A stretch of 57,411 nt of DNA from Bacilli bacterium (GCA_017447305.1 JAFSNY010000006.1:1-57411), one strand, 5' to 3'. Shown: positions 15,611 through 25,272, counted from the first letter of the stretch. The notes: a model not told the origin generated them from the letters alone. Translations and numbers: made by a program.

Positions 15611-16513
15611 TTATCGTTTCATAGCTTCAGCTTTAATTTGTTTTTTTGCCAATTCTATTTTTTGTCTTAATTTTGCCCTAACAGCAGTCATTATTCCTTC
15701 TTCAAGCAAATCGTATCTGGAGTTCCAGAGCTTACCGATGATGTAATCGGACTTTTCACTTAAATATTGGCCTTTCTTAGAGAACTTATTAAATGCTTCG
15801 GACTTGGTTTCGTCAGCTGGAGCTTCTTCTTCCTCACTAGAAGATTCTTCACCACCTTCGCTGGATTCACCTTCGGAAGATTCACCTTCGCTGGATTCGC
15901 CACCCTCAGAAGATTCACCTTCACTAGAAGATTCTTCACCGCCTTCAGAAGATTCGCTTTCTTCAGTGCTTTCGTCACCGAAATCATCGGTAGATTCTTC
16001 GCTACCAAAGTCATCACCACCGAAATCATCAGTAGATTCAGCTTCACCTTCACTGGATTCGCCACCTTCTTCCTTATCGCTATTGAGGTTATCAACCTTA
16101 TCAGTTAAGGTCTGGATAGCAGTGGTAAGTGTTGCAAGGATGTCCTTAAGCTCGGAGGTACCTTCAGCTTCATCCTTTGTACCATCTTCTTCCTTCTTGT
16201 CGTCGCCTTCCTGGAAGTCCTCGGTGTTCTCAGCCTTATCTTCCCCTTCAGAATCGTCATCGTCATCCGGGAAGTTATCTTCACCAAATGATTCTTCGTC
16301 ACCACCTTCAGATGGTTCTTCGGAAATATCGATGTCGTCAGACGGTTCTTCTACAGAAGCATCGACTTCTTCATTGTTTTCTTCCTTTGTTTCTTCCTGA
16401 CCGGTAGTATCGTCAGCTGTTACTGGCTTCTCTTCTTCCCCGTCAAGGAAACCTTCGTTAAGCTTGTGGCTCTTCTTCCACTTCTTGAATTGGATATCTT
16501 CTTTATTTTTCAT
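15611..16513 (-). CDS. hypothetical highly acidic low-complexity protein (SEGE/SEGG repeats)
   Basis: ORF track. About 200 aa of D/E/S/G-rich sequence with tandem ESSEG(G/E) units, then a basic helical C-terminus. TATAAATA motif 29 nt upstream. Confidence 0.7.
   Translation of the reverse strand: MKNKEDIQFKKWKKSHKLNEGFLDGEEEKPVTADDTTGQEETKEENNEEVDASVEEPSDDIDISEEPSEGGDEESFGEDNFPDDDDDSEGEDKAENTEDFQEGDDKKEEDGTKDEAEGTSELKDILATLTTAIQTLTDKVDNLNSDKEEGGESSEGEAESTDDFGGDDFGSEESTDDFGDESTEESESSEGGEESSSEGESSEGGESSEGESSEGESSEGGEESSSEEEEAPADETKSEAFNKFSKKGQYLSEKSDYIIGKLWNSRYDLLEEGIMTAVRAKLRQKIELAKKQIKAEAMKR
15835..15955 (-). repeat. tandem ~15-18-nt coding repeats (ESSEG units)
   Basis: Repeated gaagattcaccttc(g/a)ct(g/a)ga-type units are visible on the plus strand. 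Confidence 0.6.
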
Positions 16514-16542
16514 AATTCTATTTTTCCTTTATATATCTTTAT

Positions 16543-16550
16543 TATTTATA
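16543..16550 (-). promoter_or_regulatory. TATAAATA motif (T4 late-promoter-like)
   Basis: Exact TATAAATA 29 nt upstream of the ATG at 16513. No -35 element upstream. Confidence 0.4.
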
Positions 16551-16572
16551 AAAATATTTTTTGAGCTCTTTT

Positions 16573-16983
16573 TTAGAGTGTATTTTTATAAATTTGATAC
16601 TCCGGAGAGGTTAAAAGCTCATCAAATTTCTTACTGGTGTTAATTGCCTTAATGAAATTGGTCTCTTCATTGCATATGACAGACTTAAAATCGGCCATAT
16701 AGTTATCAAACGTAGCTTTATAGTTCTTGGAAAGCATAAAGACATCCATAACAGATGCCGGGCGGAATGCACCCTTCAAAACCTTAATGGTTTTGGCATC
16801 CAGGTTATCCTTAATGAACTTTTCCGTTACGCTGATGACGTTCTTAATGATCTCATCCTTCTTGATGACATCAATTTCACCGTTAAGTACCTTAGGGATT
16901 ACCAAGGTATAGATTAATGGATTGTTTTCCATAGAGCTGAACTCTGAGGACTCGTTTACCATGTATTCTTTAAGATTCTGCAT
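16573..16983 (-). CDS. hypothetical protein
   Basis: ORF track. Follows the TAATAA double stop of the upstream gene. Confidence 0.6.
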   Translation of the reverse strand: MQNLKEYMVNESSEFSSMENNPLIYTLVIPKVLNGEIDVIKKDEIIKNVISVTEKFIKDNLDAKTIKVLKGAFRPASVMDVFMLSKNYKATFDNYMADFKSVICNEETNFIKAINTSKKFDELLTSPEYQIYKNTL

Positions 16984-16989
16984 GATTTA

Positions 16990-17316
16990 TTACCTTTTCT
17001 TCTGATTTTCCTTAAATTCTTTATACTGAACAGCTATTTCTGCAATAGATACAGCAATTTGCTGAAGAGTACCTTTAATTTCCTTAATATCCTGTTTGAT
17101 GCCACTGTTTTCCTGTACAAGGAATTCAATGTCCTTTTGCATCAAAAGCTTTTGGTTATTAAGGCTATCAATGTCTTCCTTAAGTTTCGATATAGTATCG
17201 TCTCTGGTTGCAGCCGTATTCTTTCTCTGTAAAAACACAATCAAATATACGATCACCCCAGAAAGGATAGCGGTTGCGTTACCTGACTGAAATGCTGTTG
17301 TTAATAAGTCTTCCAT
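16990..17316 (-). CDS. hypothetical membrane-anchored coiled-coil protein
   Basis: One N-terminal hydrophobic helix (AILSGVIVYLIVFL) followed by a heptad-like region. AAGGAG upstream. Confidence 0.55.
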   Translation of the reverse strand: MEDLLTTAFQSGNATAILSGVIVYLIVFLQRKNTAATRDDTISKLKEDIDSLNNQKLLMQKDIEFLVQENSGIKQDIKEIKGTLQQIAVSIAEIAVQYKEFKENQKKR

Positions 17317-17348
17317 AAATAAGTTCTCCTTTTAAATTATTTATGACC

Positions 17349-18239
17349 TTAATTTTCTTCCCAATAAAAGAATTTCTCGGGGTAACTCTTAGAGTATTCC
17401 AATGAAACCGGACCCTCTTGCCATGCAGCAGAAAGGTCTTCCCAGTGCCATTCACCGCTCAAATGATTAAGGATCCATTCAATAAGCTTCCTGTTTTCCG
17501 TTGTATTAGAGAAGTTTCTAGCTACACCCTTGTTTATAGCGTCAAGATCATCATATACACCGTCAATAACCTTTCCGTTTACCAATGGGTACTCATAACC
17601 ACTGGTTGCCATTTGAACGATAGTCATTGCCTTTACCAGGTCCTTAGAGACACGTAATGGTCTTTCAAAGGAACCTACACCGACAATGGTACCACCGTAA
17701 TCCCCATATGCACCAGCCTCTCTAGCAGCCTTTTCCGAATCAGTCCAGATCTTAAGCTTACCCTTTTCATCATAGTATGCAGAAACTGCACTTAAATCAG
17801 CCTTTTCATTGGCATAGTCATACAATGCAGAAAGGTTCTCATAAATGTTAGGTACATATGCAGCGGAATTCCATACTGCGGAATTAGCTGAGGTAACGTA
17901 ATAAGCGTCACGCACTGCGCTGTAATCATACATGTCATCCAATGCAGAGAATGCAGCAGATAATGCCGATGGGTCAAACGCGGTTAAGCCGCTAAGACCG
18001 GAATAACTGTTCCATAAGTCAACATCCGCGCTGGTTACACAGACACACGGGTTATCATATGGTTCACAACAATCCTGCCACCATGGTTGTACATTGGCAG
18101 GTTCACTATCGTTCCAGCGATGGAAACGCGTACGTGGCCAATCAGCGTACGGTACGTTAGGCCAATCCGGAAAATGTGGGATATGACTTGGGTCTTCCCA
18201 GTGTGGCGGCATTGGTGGATTATTCTTGTTATTCATCAT
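17349..18239 (-). CDS. hypothetical protein (Trp/Pro-rich N-terminus), possibly virion-associated
   Basis: ORF track. TATAAATA lies 4 nt upstream of the ATG. A structural role is only a guess from the late-type promoter. Confidence 0.6.
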   Translation of the reverse strand: MMNNKNNPPMPPHWEDPSHIPHFPDWPNVPYADWPRTRFHRWNDSEPANVQPWWQDCCEPYDNPCVCVTSADVDLWNSYSGLSGLTAFDPSALSAAFSALDDMYDYSAVRDAYYVTSANSAVWNSAAYVPNIYENLSALYDYANEKADLSAVSAYYDEKGKLKIWTDSEKAAREAGAYGDYGGTIVGVGSFERPLRVSKDLVKAMTIVQMATSGYEYPLVNGKVIDGVYDDLDAINKGVARNFSNTTENRKLIEWILNHLSGEWHWEDLSAAWQEGPVSLEYSKSYPEKFFYWEEN

Positions 18240-18243
18240 ATAT

Positions 18244-18251
18244 TATTTATA
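18244..18251 (-). promoter_or_regulatory. TATAAATA motif (T4 late-promoter-like)
   Basis: Exact TATAAATA 4 nt upstream of the ATG at 18239, just after terminator 18257-18282. Confidence 0.4.
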
Positions 18252-18256
18252 ATAGT

Positions 18257-18282
18257 AAAAAACTCTCAGATTTTGAGAGCTC
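18257..18282 (-). terminator. rho-independent terminator
   Basis: RC reads CTCTCA-aaatc-TGAGAG followed by T6. Confidence 0.6.
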
Positions 18283-18305
18283 TTTACCTTAAAAATAACT
18301 AAAAA

Positions 18306-18641
18306 TTACAGATATTTAGCTGCCTGGCGTTCAGACCAAGAGTACCCGGCATACGGATCCTCTTTCTGGGTTTGCTTTGGCGGAATGTCCTGCTTCGGCG
18401 CTGGGGTTGGCGTAGTACGTTGCGGATTAGGGTTAGTATCAGGCGGAATTACCTGGTACCCGGCATCTTTTGCTACTTGCATAGCCATTTCCGTTGGATC
18501 CATCTTACGTACATTATATCCATTAGCCTGAGCAATATTCTTTGCCTGTTCTATACGATCAGTCGGTAAGTTAACGCTATAACCAGCTTCCTTAGCGACG
18601 CGCTTGGCTTGTAATATCTCTTCAACACTGTATTCACTCAT
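18306..18641 (-). CDS. hypothetical protein with three internal repeats (A(K/Q).(A/N)GY.V)
   Basis: ORF track. Repeats AKEAGYSVNLP, AQANGYNVRKM and AKDAGYQVIPP. AAGAGG upstream. Confidence 0.6.
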   Translation of the reverse strand: MSEYSVEEILQAKRVAKEAGYSVNLPTDRIEQAKNIAQANGYNVRKMDPTEMAMQVAKDAGYQVIPPDTNPNPQRTTPTPAPKQDIPPKQTQKEDPYAGYSWSERQAAKYL

Positions 18642-18680
18642 TTTTGAACCTCTTATATATTTGATTTGAAATCTTTTTAT

Positions 18681-20048
18681 TTATATCACTTGTTCGTTAT
18701 ATCTGATAGCACCCTCTGGATTATGCTTCCAATCATTGATGAATTCATATAACGATCTACATTCTGCAATCATGCGCTGGTTCTCTTCACCTTCTGCATT
18801 GGTTGCAATACGATAAGCAGCATCGGTAACAGGTATAATCTCATTATTCCATAACATAGCATCATTATCTACTGGTGCGGAGACCATAAAGTCAATGGTC
18901 TTTGGTGTAGACAATGATGGTAAATAACTATCAAGCTTGACATAATTACACCCATCCTTGACATATACTGATCCAGACTGGTCAATATAAGTACCATCCA
19001 TTAACTCCTTAAACGTGATGTCATCATCCGGTTTATAACCTTTCCATGCCTGTATGAAGGATTCCTTCGTTAACTCGAACTTCTGTACGATGTGGTTATT
19101 ATGCCAGCGTCCTTCCTTGATATCATCATAAGACATACCACCAGGGAAAATGTTTTTAGATAAGTTATAAGCTGCATTAGCCTTCTTCAGTTTACCCGGG
19201 TCAACACATTTAGCATATGCTGCATCAATCTCTTGCTTCAAATTACTGATCTGATTCTTGGTACCATCTAAGCTACCGTAGACAGAGTTCTTAAACTCGG
19301 TAGACAAATCGTACCCGGATCCTTTCTTCTCAATCTTAAATACGGAAAGGGCTTCAGCGTAATAGTTCTGCGCTGTGGCGATCTCAGAACAAGAATAGCT
19401 GTCATCAAATGCACAGGTAAAGAATGACATTAACGTATCGAGGTAATCAAACAAACCCCAGTCAATTAACATGTTAAGGTATTCATCGATCAACAATCTT
19501 AAGCGCTTGTAGTTACGTTCAATGAATCGAAGATACTCATCCATTAATGATGCACACATTTCAAATAGCTTCTTTATGTATGAGATGCCAAACTCGATCG
19601 TGAACCCAGCATCACAGACCGTTTGCTGGAAAGCGCTAAAGTCCGTGATAGACTGGCTGATAAGATCCATTACATCCAGCGCTGCTGTACTGCGGCACTT
19701 TCTTTCCAATGCACGTCTTATCTTTTGGTTTAACCAGGAATCAGAGTTAAGGAGCTCAGCAAGTAAAGCAGCGCACTTCCATAGCTTGTTACACCAGAAG
19801 GTTCTATCTTCCCCAAAAATGGCATTATATAACATGTCAAACAGTTCTTTCTCATACTGTTTCACCAGGTTAATCACCGTTCTCATAGTGGTGTTAATCA
19901 TGTAGGTAATAGTAGTCATAAGCGTAGAGACTAATGTGTCAATACGTTTTAAAATACCTTTTGCTGCTTGTGTTAATCCTTCAATAGTAGCTTTTACTGC
20001 TATAAATGCACCATAAAGGTAAGTACATACTAAACTTGCATATCCCAT
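18681..20048 (-). CDS. hypothetical 455-aa protein
   Basis: ORF track. TATAAATA lies 6 nt upstream of the ATG. No motif recognised. Confidence 0.65.
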   Translation of the reverse strand: MGYASLVCTYLYGAFIAVKATIEGLTQAAKGILKRIDTLVSTLMTTITYMINTTMRTVINLVKQYEKELFDMLYNAIFGEDRTFWCNKLWKCAALLAELLNSDSWLNQKIRRALERKCRSTAALDVMDLISQSITDFSAFQQTVCDAGFTIEFGISYIKKLFEMCASLMDEYLRFIERNYKRLRLLIDEYLNMLIDWGLFDYLDTLMSFFTCAFDDSYSCSEIATAQNYYAEALSVFKIEKKGSGYDLSTEFKNSVYGSLDGTKNQISNLKQEIDAAYAKCVDPGKLKKANAAYNLSKNIFPGGMSYDDIKEGRWHNNHIVQKFELTKESFIQAWKGYKPDDDITFKELMDGTYIDQSGSVYVKDGCNYVKLDSYLPSLSTPKTIDFMVSAPVDNDAMLWNNEIIPVTDAAYRIATNAEGEENQRMIAECRSLYEFINDWKHNPEGAIRYNEQVI

Positions 20049-20054
20049 ATGTTC

Positions 20055-20062
20055 TATTTATA
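20055..20062 (-). promoter_or_regulatory. TATAAATA motif (T4 late-promoter-like)
   Basis: Exact TATAAATA 6 nt upstream of the ATG at 20048. Confidence 0.4.
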
Positions 20063-20199
20063 GTCGAAATTTTGGGGAAGTTTTTAAAAGAGTATAAAAT
20101 CCCTTTACCTGTTATAAGTCATTTATTAACTGTTTGTACCCTAGTTATCTAAGTTTACTTTAGGGATCTGATAAAAGTCATTATTTAAAAGCTTGAAAT

Positions 20200-20560
20200 A
20201 TTTATCTATGTGCACGTTAAAAGTACCTGCAGAGACATCAAGCCTATCCAGGAACGAATAGGCTTTGACAAACACATAACCTGCTGTCAACTCTCGGGAC
20301 TTACATATAGGCTTATGGATCGGTCATCCTGTATTCCAGCTACATCCTATACTGCCAATGGCGGCTTTTCTAATGAGATCGCTACTCTCATCGTCGATAA
20401 TGGGCTTCGGGTATTCGTAATGTCTGCCATCTCCAACATTCCCGGCTGGATCCGTTAGGTGCCTCGGATAATATCCCATATCCTTTAGGAAGACCACTCT
20501 GGTTCCAGACTGCTTGCATCGGGCATCTTTCAGCCCCAGTTGCTGTCTATACTATATATA
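20200..20560. ncRNA. GC-rich ~360-nt non-coding island, probably a structured RNA (strand unresolved)
   Basis: Sharp GC rise inside an AT-rich divergent intergenic region. Many hairpins (AAGCCTAT..ATAGGCTT, ATGAGA..TCTCAT, GGATA..TATCC). The only ORF (20210-20458, GTG start) has no SD. Confidence 0.45.
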
Positions 20561-20688
20561 AACTTTTGAAATTCTGACTATTTCAACCAAATTTAATATA
20601 GAAACAAATATAAAAAATTAAGGTTATGTATCAAATAACCATAAAATTATTCTGTATTTTCTTGAAATTGTCAAAATATTTACAAAAG

Positions 20689-20717
20689 TTTACACAAACC
20701 ATATAATTTTCTATATT
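20689..20717 (+). promoter_or_regulatory. sigma70-type promoter of the gp46-like operon
   Basis: TTTACA-caaaccatataattttc-TATATT. The ATG is 10 nt downstream, with no SD. Confidence 0.6.
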
Positions 20718-20727
20718 TACTCTATAT

Positions 20728-22488
20728 ATGTTTGTAGAATTCAAAAAGCTGTCATTTTGCAATATCATGTCCTATGGAGCATCTGGTGCGGAAATAAATT
20801 TCCAAACTGGACTTAATACCATCAAGGCAGTTAATGGATCCGGTAAGTCTTCTATCCTAGATGCATTAACATTCGTTCTTTTTGGTAAACCATATCGTGA
20901 TATAAAATTATCGGAATTAGTTAATACAACTAACGGTAAAGGTCTTGAGGTAACATGTGAGTTTAAGATCGGTACGGACATGTACATGATTCGTCGTGGA
21001 TTAAAACCTGCTATCTTCGAGATTTATAAAAACGGAAAGGAAATGGACATGTTATCCACCAAGAAGCTTAACCAAGATGAAATTGATAAGCTTTTAGGTA
21101 TTAACTTAAGACTTTTCAAGAACATCGTAGCAGTGGCTGTTACGAATAACAAACCGTTCTTAAGCTTAGCAATTGGTGATAAACGTGCCTTAATTGAAAA
21201 CATCTTTAATATTGACGTACTAGGATTAATGTGCAAGGATGTCAAGAAACGGAAAACGGTTAACAACACCGAGCTGGATCTTAAAACAACCGAGCGCCGC
21301 GGCATCATCAACTCCATTGAAGATAATGAATCCTATATAGAAAACATGCGACAGTATATAGCATCCTTCAATGAAGTAAAGGACACTAACCTTAAAACAA
21401 TCCAGGAAAACATTGATAAGTACCAAAAGGAAATTGATAAACGTACCAAAAACCTGGTCATTGCCGAATCAAAGATTAAGGAGCTTACGGAAGAAATAGG
21501 TACCATCCCAGATAGATCCGTAGGTGAATCGCTTAACCTGGAAATCGGTAAGGTACAATCCATTATCGATAACATTAATAGTACTCTTTCCAAGCTTAAG
21601 AAATCCCGTCTATGTCCTGTATGTAATTCACCATTGGATGAAGGTCATGCAAGGAAGCATATCGAGGGGATGCTCGCGGAAAAGAAGACAATGGAAAAGG
21701 AAACCCTCCCGGGCTTAATGGAACAGTACCATGCATACAGTGATACCGTTAAAGTGTACCAGGAAAAGCAATCCTTTATACAAACCATACGTGATAAAGC
21801 CCGTACCGAAGAAATAACAAGGTCAACACTGGAGACAGAACTTAATAAAGCTAAACAGAACCTGGAAAAGGAATCTAGCAAGGTCTGTCCAGCATCGGTT
21901 GATTCATACGTGGAAAAGCTTAATACGTTACGTACGCAGTGTGAGGAGCTTAATAAAGATATTGATACCTTAACGGAAAAGATCTTAATTGATACACAGC
22001 TTATCAAGATCCTGGGTGACGACGGTATTAAGTCCTACTTCTTTAAGAAGCTGGTAAAGGTACTTAATAAGTCCGTTAATGAATACCTTAATAAGTTCGA
22101 GTTAAAGAATACGACGATCGAGTTTGATGAGACCATGACGGAAACTATGATGACGAATCTAGTACCGCGTACATACTCCAGTTACTCTTCCGGTGAACGT
22201 ACTAGAATCGACATGTCAATCCTATTGGCATTCTTCGATATTAGCCGCCAGATCTCTAACTGGTCATGTAACATCCTGTTCATTGACGAGTTACTGGATC
22301 AGAACATTGACCAGTCTGGTATTGAGCAGTTTGTCTCCACGTTGTATAACTTAATCCAGCTTAATAAGAAAAAGCTTGGCATATATATCATATCACATAA
22401 GCTTAATGAACTTAAGATTCAAATCAGTAGTACAATCGAGATTCGAAAGGTACACGATTACAGTATATTAGAGGTTAAATATGGATAA
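20728..22488 (+). CDS. Rad50/SbcC-type recombination ATPase (T4 gp46-like)
   Basis: N-terminal Walker A NGSGKSSILDA, a long coiled coil with zinc hook CPVC, and a C-terminal SSGERTRI signature plus ILFIDELLD Walker B. Confidence 0.85.
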   Translation: MFVEFKKLSFCNIMSYGASGAEINFQTGLNTIKAVNGSGKSSILDALTFVLFGKPYRDIKLSELVNTTNGKGLEVTCEFKIGTDMYMIRRGLKPAIFEIYKNGKEMDMLSTKKLNQDEIDKLLGINLRLFKNIVAVAVTNNKPFLSLAIGDKRALIENIFNIDVLGLMCKDVKKRKTVNNTELDLKTTERRGIINSIEDNESYIENMRQYIASFNEVKDTNLKTIQENIDKYQKEIDKRTKNLVIAESKIKELTEEIGTIPDRSVGESLNLEIGKVQSIIDNINSTLSKLKKSRLCPVCNSPLDEGHARKHIEGMLAEKKTMEKETLPGLMEQYHAYSDTVKVYQEKQSFIQTIRDKARTEEITRSTLETELNKAKQNLEKESSKVCPASVDSYVEKLNTLRTQCEELNKDIDTLTEKILIDTQLIKILGDDGIKSYFFKKLVKVLNKSVNEYLNKFELKNTTIEFDETMTETMMTNLVPRTYSSYSSGERTRIDMSILLAFFDISRQISNWSCNILFIDELLDQNIDQSGIEQFVSTLYNLIQLNKKKLGIYIISHKLNELKIQISSTIEIRKVHDYSILEVKYG

Positions 22489-22738
22489 TAACTGGCAACA
22501 GATTTCATTACTAGAAGCTAAATTCTTTACTCAGTCTGGTAAGTTCCAGGCAGTACAGGAGATAGACCCATTTGCAATGGAAGAACAAAAATTTCTCTTA
22601 AAGGAAAATAATAATATTAGATTTAAATTCAAGATGGTCATGAGTGACCCTGCAAAATACTATATTTATCCTATTGTAGATGGTAATCCAGCTACAGTAG
22701 AAAAGCTTAAAGAAGTAGCAGGTATTACGGAGATATAA
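22481..22738 (+). CDS. hypothetical protein
   Basis: ORF track. Overlaps the stop of the upstream gene by 8 nt. Confidence 0.5.
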   Translation: MDNNWQQISLLEAKFFTQSGKFQAVQEIDPFAMEEQKFLLKENNNIRFKFKMVMSDPAKYYIYPIVDGNPATVEKLKEVAGITEI

Positions 22739-22826
22739 TAGGTTTTGATTATAAAATCATATAAATAAAATAAGATATATGCTGTAACATATATCTTATA
22801 CAAACACAATAAATTAGGGGTTTATT

Positions 22827-23669
22827 ATGTCTGATAATGTATTTATATGTAAGATATGTGGTAAAGAAGTAAATGGATATTTAGGGCTTTCATCACATAT
22901 TAGACGAACACATTTATTATCGTCTAAAGAATATTATGATCAATATTTAAAACAACCGCATGAAGGAGAATGTCCTATATGTGGGAAACAAACTAAGTTT
23001 TATAGACTAGGTAAAGGTTATTTAAAATATTGTTCAACTAAATGCTTAGCTAATTCTGAAGAGATACGTGAAAAAGCTAAACAAACATGTTTAAAAAATT
23101 ATGGTGTAGAAAACCCATATCAAGCTGAAGAAATAAAAAATAAAATAAAAGAAACAAATTTAAACAAATACGGTAATGAATATCCGATACGTTTAAATGA
23201 GTTTCAAGAAAAAAGCAAAGAAACATGTTTAGTTAAATATGGTGTTTCAAATATATCGCAATCATATGAAATTAATAAGCAGAAAAAATCAAAATATTTT
23301 TATAATAATATTTGGTTTGATTCTGGATGGGAATTAGCTTACTATATTTACTTAGTAGATAATAATATTAATTTTATATATCATCCAAATATATCATTTA
23401 AATATAATTATAATAATAAAGAACATTTATATTTTCCTGATTTTTTAGTCAATAATGAATTAATTGACATTAAAGGTGATCAATTTTTTGATAAAGATAT
23501 ATTAAATGATAACATTTATAATATTGAACGAAGTAAAGCAAGAAATAAATGTATTGAAGATAATAATATAAAGTTAATTAAAAGAAATGATATTAAACCA
23601 ATAATTAAATATATAACTAATAAATATGGTTCAAAGTATTTAAAATCATTTAAAAGGAAAAAACAATGA
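22827..23669 (+). CDS. homing endonuclease-like protein between the gp46-like and gp47-like genes
   Basis: CKICGKEV..HIRRTH and CPICGK fingers. KYG repeats like the 14583 ORF and a C-terminal YFPDFLVNNELIDIKGDQFF (PD..D.K). GGGG upstream. Very AT-rich. Confidence 0.7.
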   Translation: MSDNVFICKICGKEVNGYLGLSSHIRRTHLLSSKEYYDQYLKQPHEGECPICGKQTKFYRLGKGYLKYCSTKCLANSEEIREKAKQTCLKNYGVENPYQAEEIKNKIKETNLNKYGNEYPIRLNEFQEKSKETCLVKYGVSNISQSYEINKQKKSKYFYNNIWFDSGWELAYYIYLVDNNINFIYHPNISFKYNYNNKEHLYFPDFLVNNELIDIKGDQFFDKDILNDNIYNIERSKARNKCIEDNNIKLIKRNDIKPIIKYITNKYGSKYLKSFKRKKQ

Positions 23670-24703
23670 AAGTTGCATTAATTGCAGATTGTCATTTTGG
23701 TATAAAAAAATCGGATATTCCATTTATGGAATCACAATTAAGGTTTTATAAAGAACAATTTGTTCCTGAATTAAAACATGCAAATATTAAAGATATTTTT
23801 ATTTTAGGCGATGTTTTTGATACAAGACAAACAATAAATGTTCAAACAATTAATGTTGTAATTGATTTATTTAAAAATATATTAAAAGATTTTAATATTA
23901 GTATTATTGTTGGAAATCATGATATGTATATGACTACAACAACAGATATTAATAGTTTAAAAATATTAGATATATTACCAAATGTAACAGTATATGAAAA
24001 ACAAACTGTATTAACTATAGATAGTAAAACCATTTTATTACAACCATGGATTACTGATTATAGTACATATATTTTAACAGAACATTATGATTATGCATTT
24101 ATGCATGCAGATATAATTGGGTTTGATCAAGGCGGTGGTCGTCTTTCCGAATCAGGACTTGTCGCTAAGGAGATCCTTAAGCATGTAGATGCTGTCTACT
24201 CAGGTCATTACCATAATGGAATACACCGTCAATTCGAAAAGGGTAAGTCCATTACATACCTGGGCGCACCGTATCAGCTTACTAGAATCGACCGTAACGG
24301 AATCAGAGGGTACCATATACTGGACATAGCATCTGGTGAACGTACCTTAATTGAAAACCATATCTCCATGAAGTTCACACGTCATGTCTACCCGGACATT
24401 AATACATCTATGGTACCAGGTAATGTCGTCGATATAGATGTTCCAGCGGAATACGCGGATCAAACCAAAAGGATCGCGGATCTAGTTAATAAACTGGAAA
24501 AGATGAACCCAGCATACCCGGTTAATATTAGCTATTTACCATCCGAAGAAGATGCTACTGAAGCTATCGATACGGAAAACCTTAATATAATCACGCTCTT
24601 CGGTAATTACCTGGAGCAGGTAGAATTAGATGCCAAGCATAAAGATATGCTTTATGATAGCTTTATAGAACTATATAATAATTATAAGGAACAAGGAAAA
24701 TGA
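23666..24703 (+). CDS. Mre11/SbcD-type nuclease (T4 gp47-like)
   Basis: Calcineurin-like phosphoesterase motifs IADCHFG, LGDVFD, GNHD and SGHYH. Partner of the Rad50-like gene. Confidence 0.85.
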   Translation: MKVALIADCHFGIKKSDIPFMESQLRFYKEQFVPELKHANIKDIFILGDVFDTRQTINVQTINVVIDLFKNILKDFNISIIVGNHDMYMTTTTDINSLKILDILPNVTVYEKQTVLTIDSKTILLQPWITDYSTYILTEHYDYAFMHADIIGFDQGGGRLSESGLVAKEILKHVDAVYSGHYHNGIHRQFEKGKSITYLGAPYQLTRIDRNGIRGYHILDIASGERTLIENHISMKFTRHVYPDINTSMVPGNVVDIDVPAEYADQTKRIADLVNKLEKMNPAYPVNISYLPSEEDATEAIDTENLNIITLFGNYLEQVELDAKHKDMLYDSFIELYNNYKEQGK

Positions 24704-25272
24704 ATTATGTAGTAATGGGTATCGACCGAATCGGGAAAGATACCTTTATAGAAAACAACTTTCCAAGTCATAAGAAGATTCACTTAACAAAACCTCCTAA
24801 GGATGTGGATCCACTTATATTCTCCAAGACGGAATACTGTGACTATTTCTGTAACCTCATGAAGAATGATAACTTGGTATACAACCGTGGTCATATCGAT
24901 GAATTCGTGTATGCTCCGATCTACAGGAAGTATTCTACGTACTGGCTTACTATCATGGAAGAAGAATTCGCACAGTCTGTGGCAAACACTGTCTTCATCC
25001 TATTGTACACCGATAACTTCGATATGATGGTTGATGATGGATTATCCCATGATTTTAACCGTAAGGAAGAGGAACAAGAACTATTCCACAAGTACTTTGA
25101 CCAATCTAAGATGATTAATAAGATTAAGATCAAGGTTAATGACGGAAAAATGTACCGCCATCCTGATGCTATTAGACATGACCTGGGTGCCGCGCTAAGG
25201 GAAACCCCTATCATTAAAGGTGATAAGGAAATTCCAGTAGAAGTTCTAAAGTCAATGTTTAGTGGAAATTAA
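24700..25272 (+). CDS. putative deoxynucleoside-monophosphate kinase (T4 gp1-like P-loop)
   Basis: N-terminal GIDRIGKDT resembles the T4 gp1 loop GVKRSGKDT. Adjacent to thymidylate synthase. The rest was not verified. Confidence 0.4.
   Translation: MNYVVMGIDRIGKDTFIENNFPSHKKIHLTKPPKDVDPLIFSKTEYCDYFCNLMKNDNLVYNRGHIDEFVYAPIYRKYSTYWLTIMEEEFAQSVANTVFILLYTDNFDMMVDDGLSHDFNRKEEEQELFHKYFDQSKMINKIKIKVNDGKMYRHPDAIRHDLGAALRETPIIKGDKEIPVEVLKSMFSGN

Noticed and set aside
15760-16407. Five overlapping ORFs in other frames of the acidic-repeat gene
   Set aside because: They are low-complexity repeat artefacts. Only the 15611-16513 frame has a start context and a non-repetitive C-terminus.
20210-20458. 82-aa ORF with GTG start in the GC-rich island
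   Set aside because: It has no SD or promoter and its composition is odd. The region looks like structured RNA. It is kept only as an alternative in the ncRNA finding.
20200-20560. tmRNA, RNase P RNA or group I intron assignment for the GC-rich island
   Set aside because: A GGGGCTGA-like start is present on the minus strand, but there is no T arm or ACCA-type 3' end. The RNase P P4 sequences were not found. A CAGAGAC R-like box sits at the wrong end for a group I core. None could be supported by eye.
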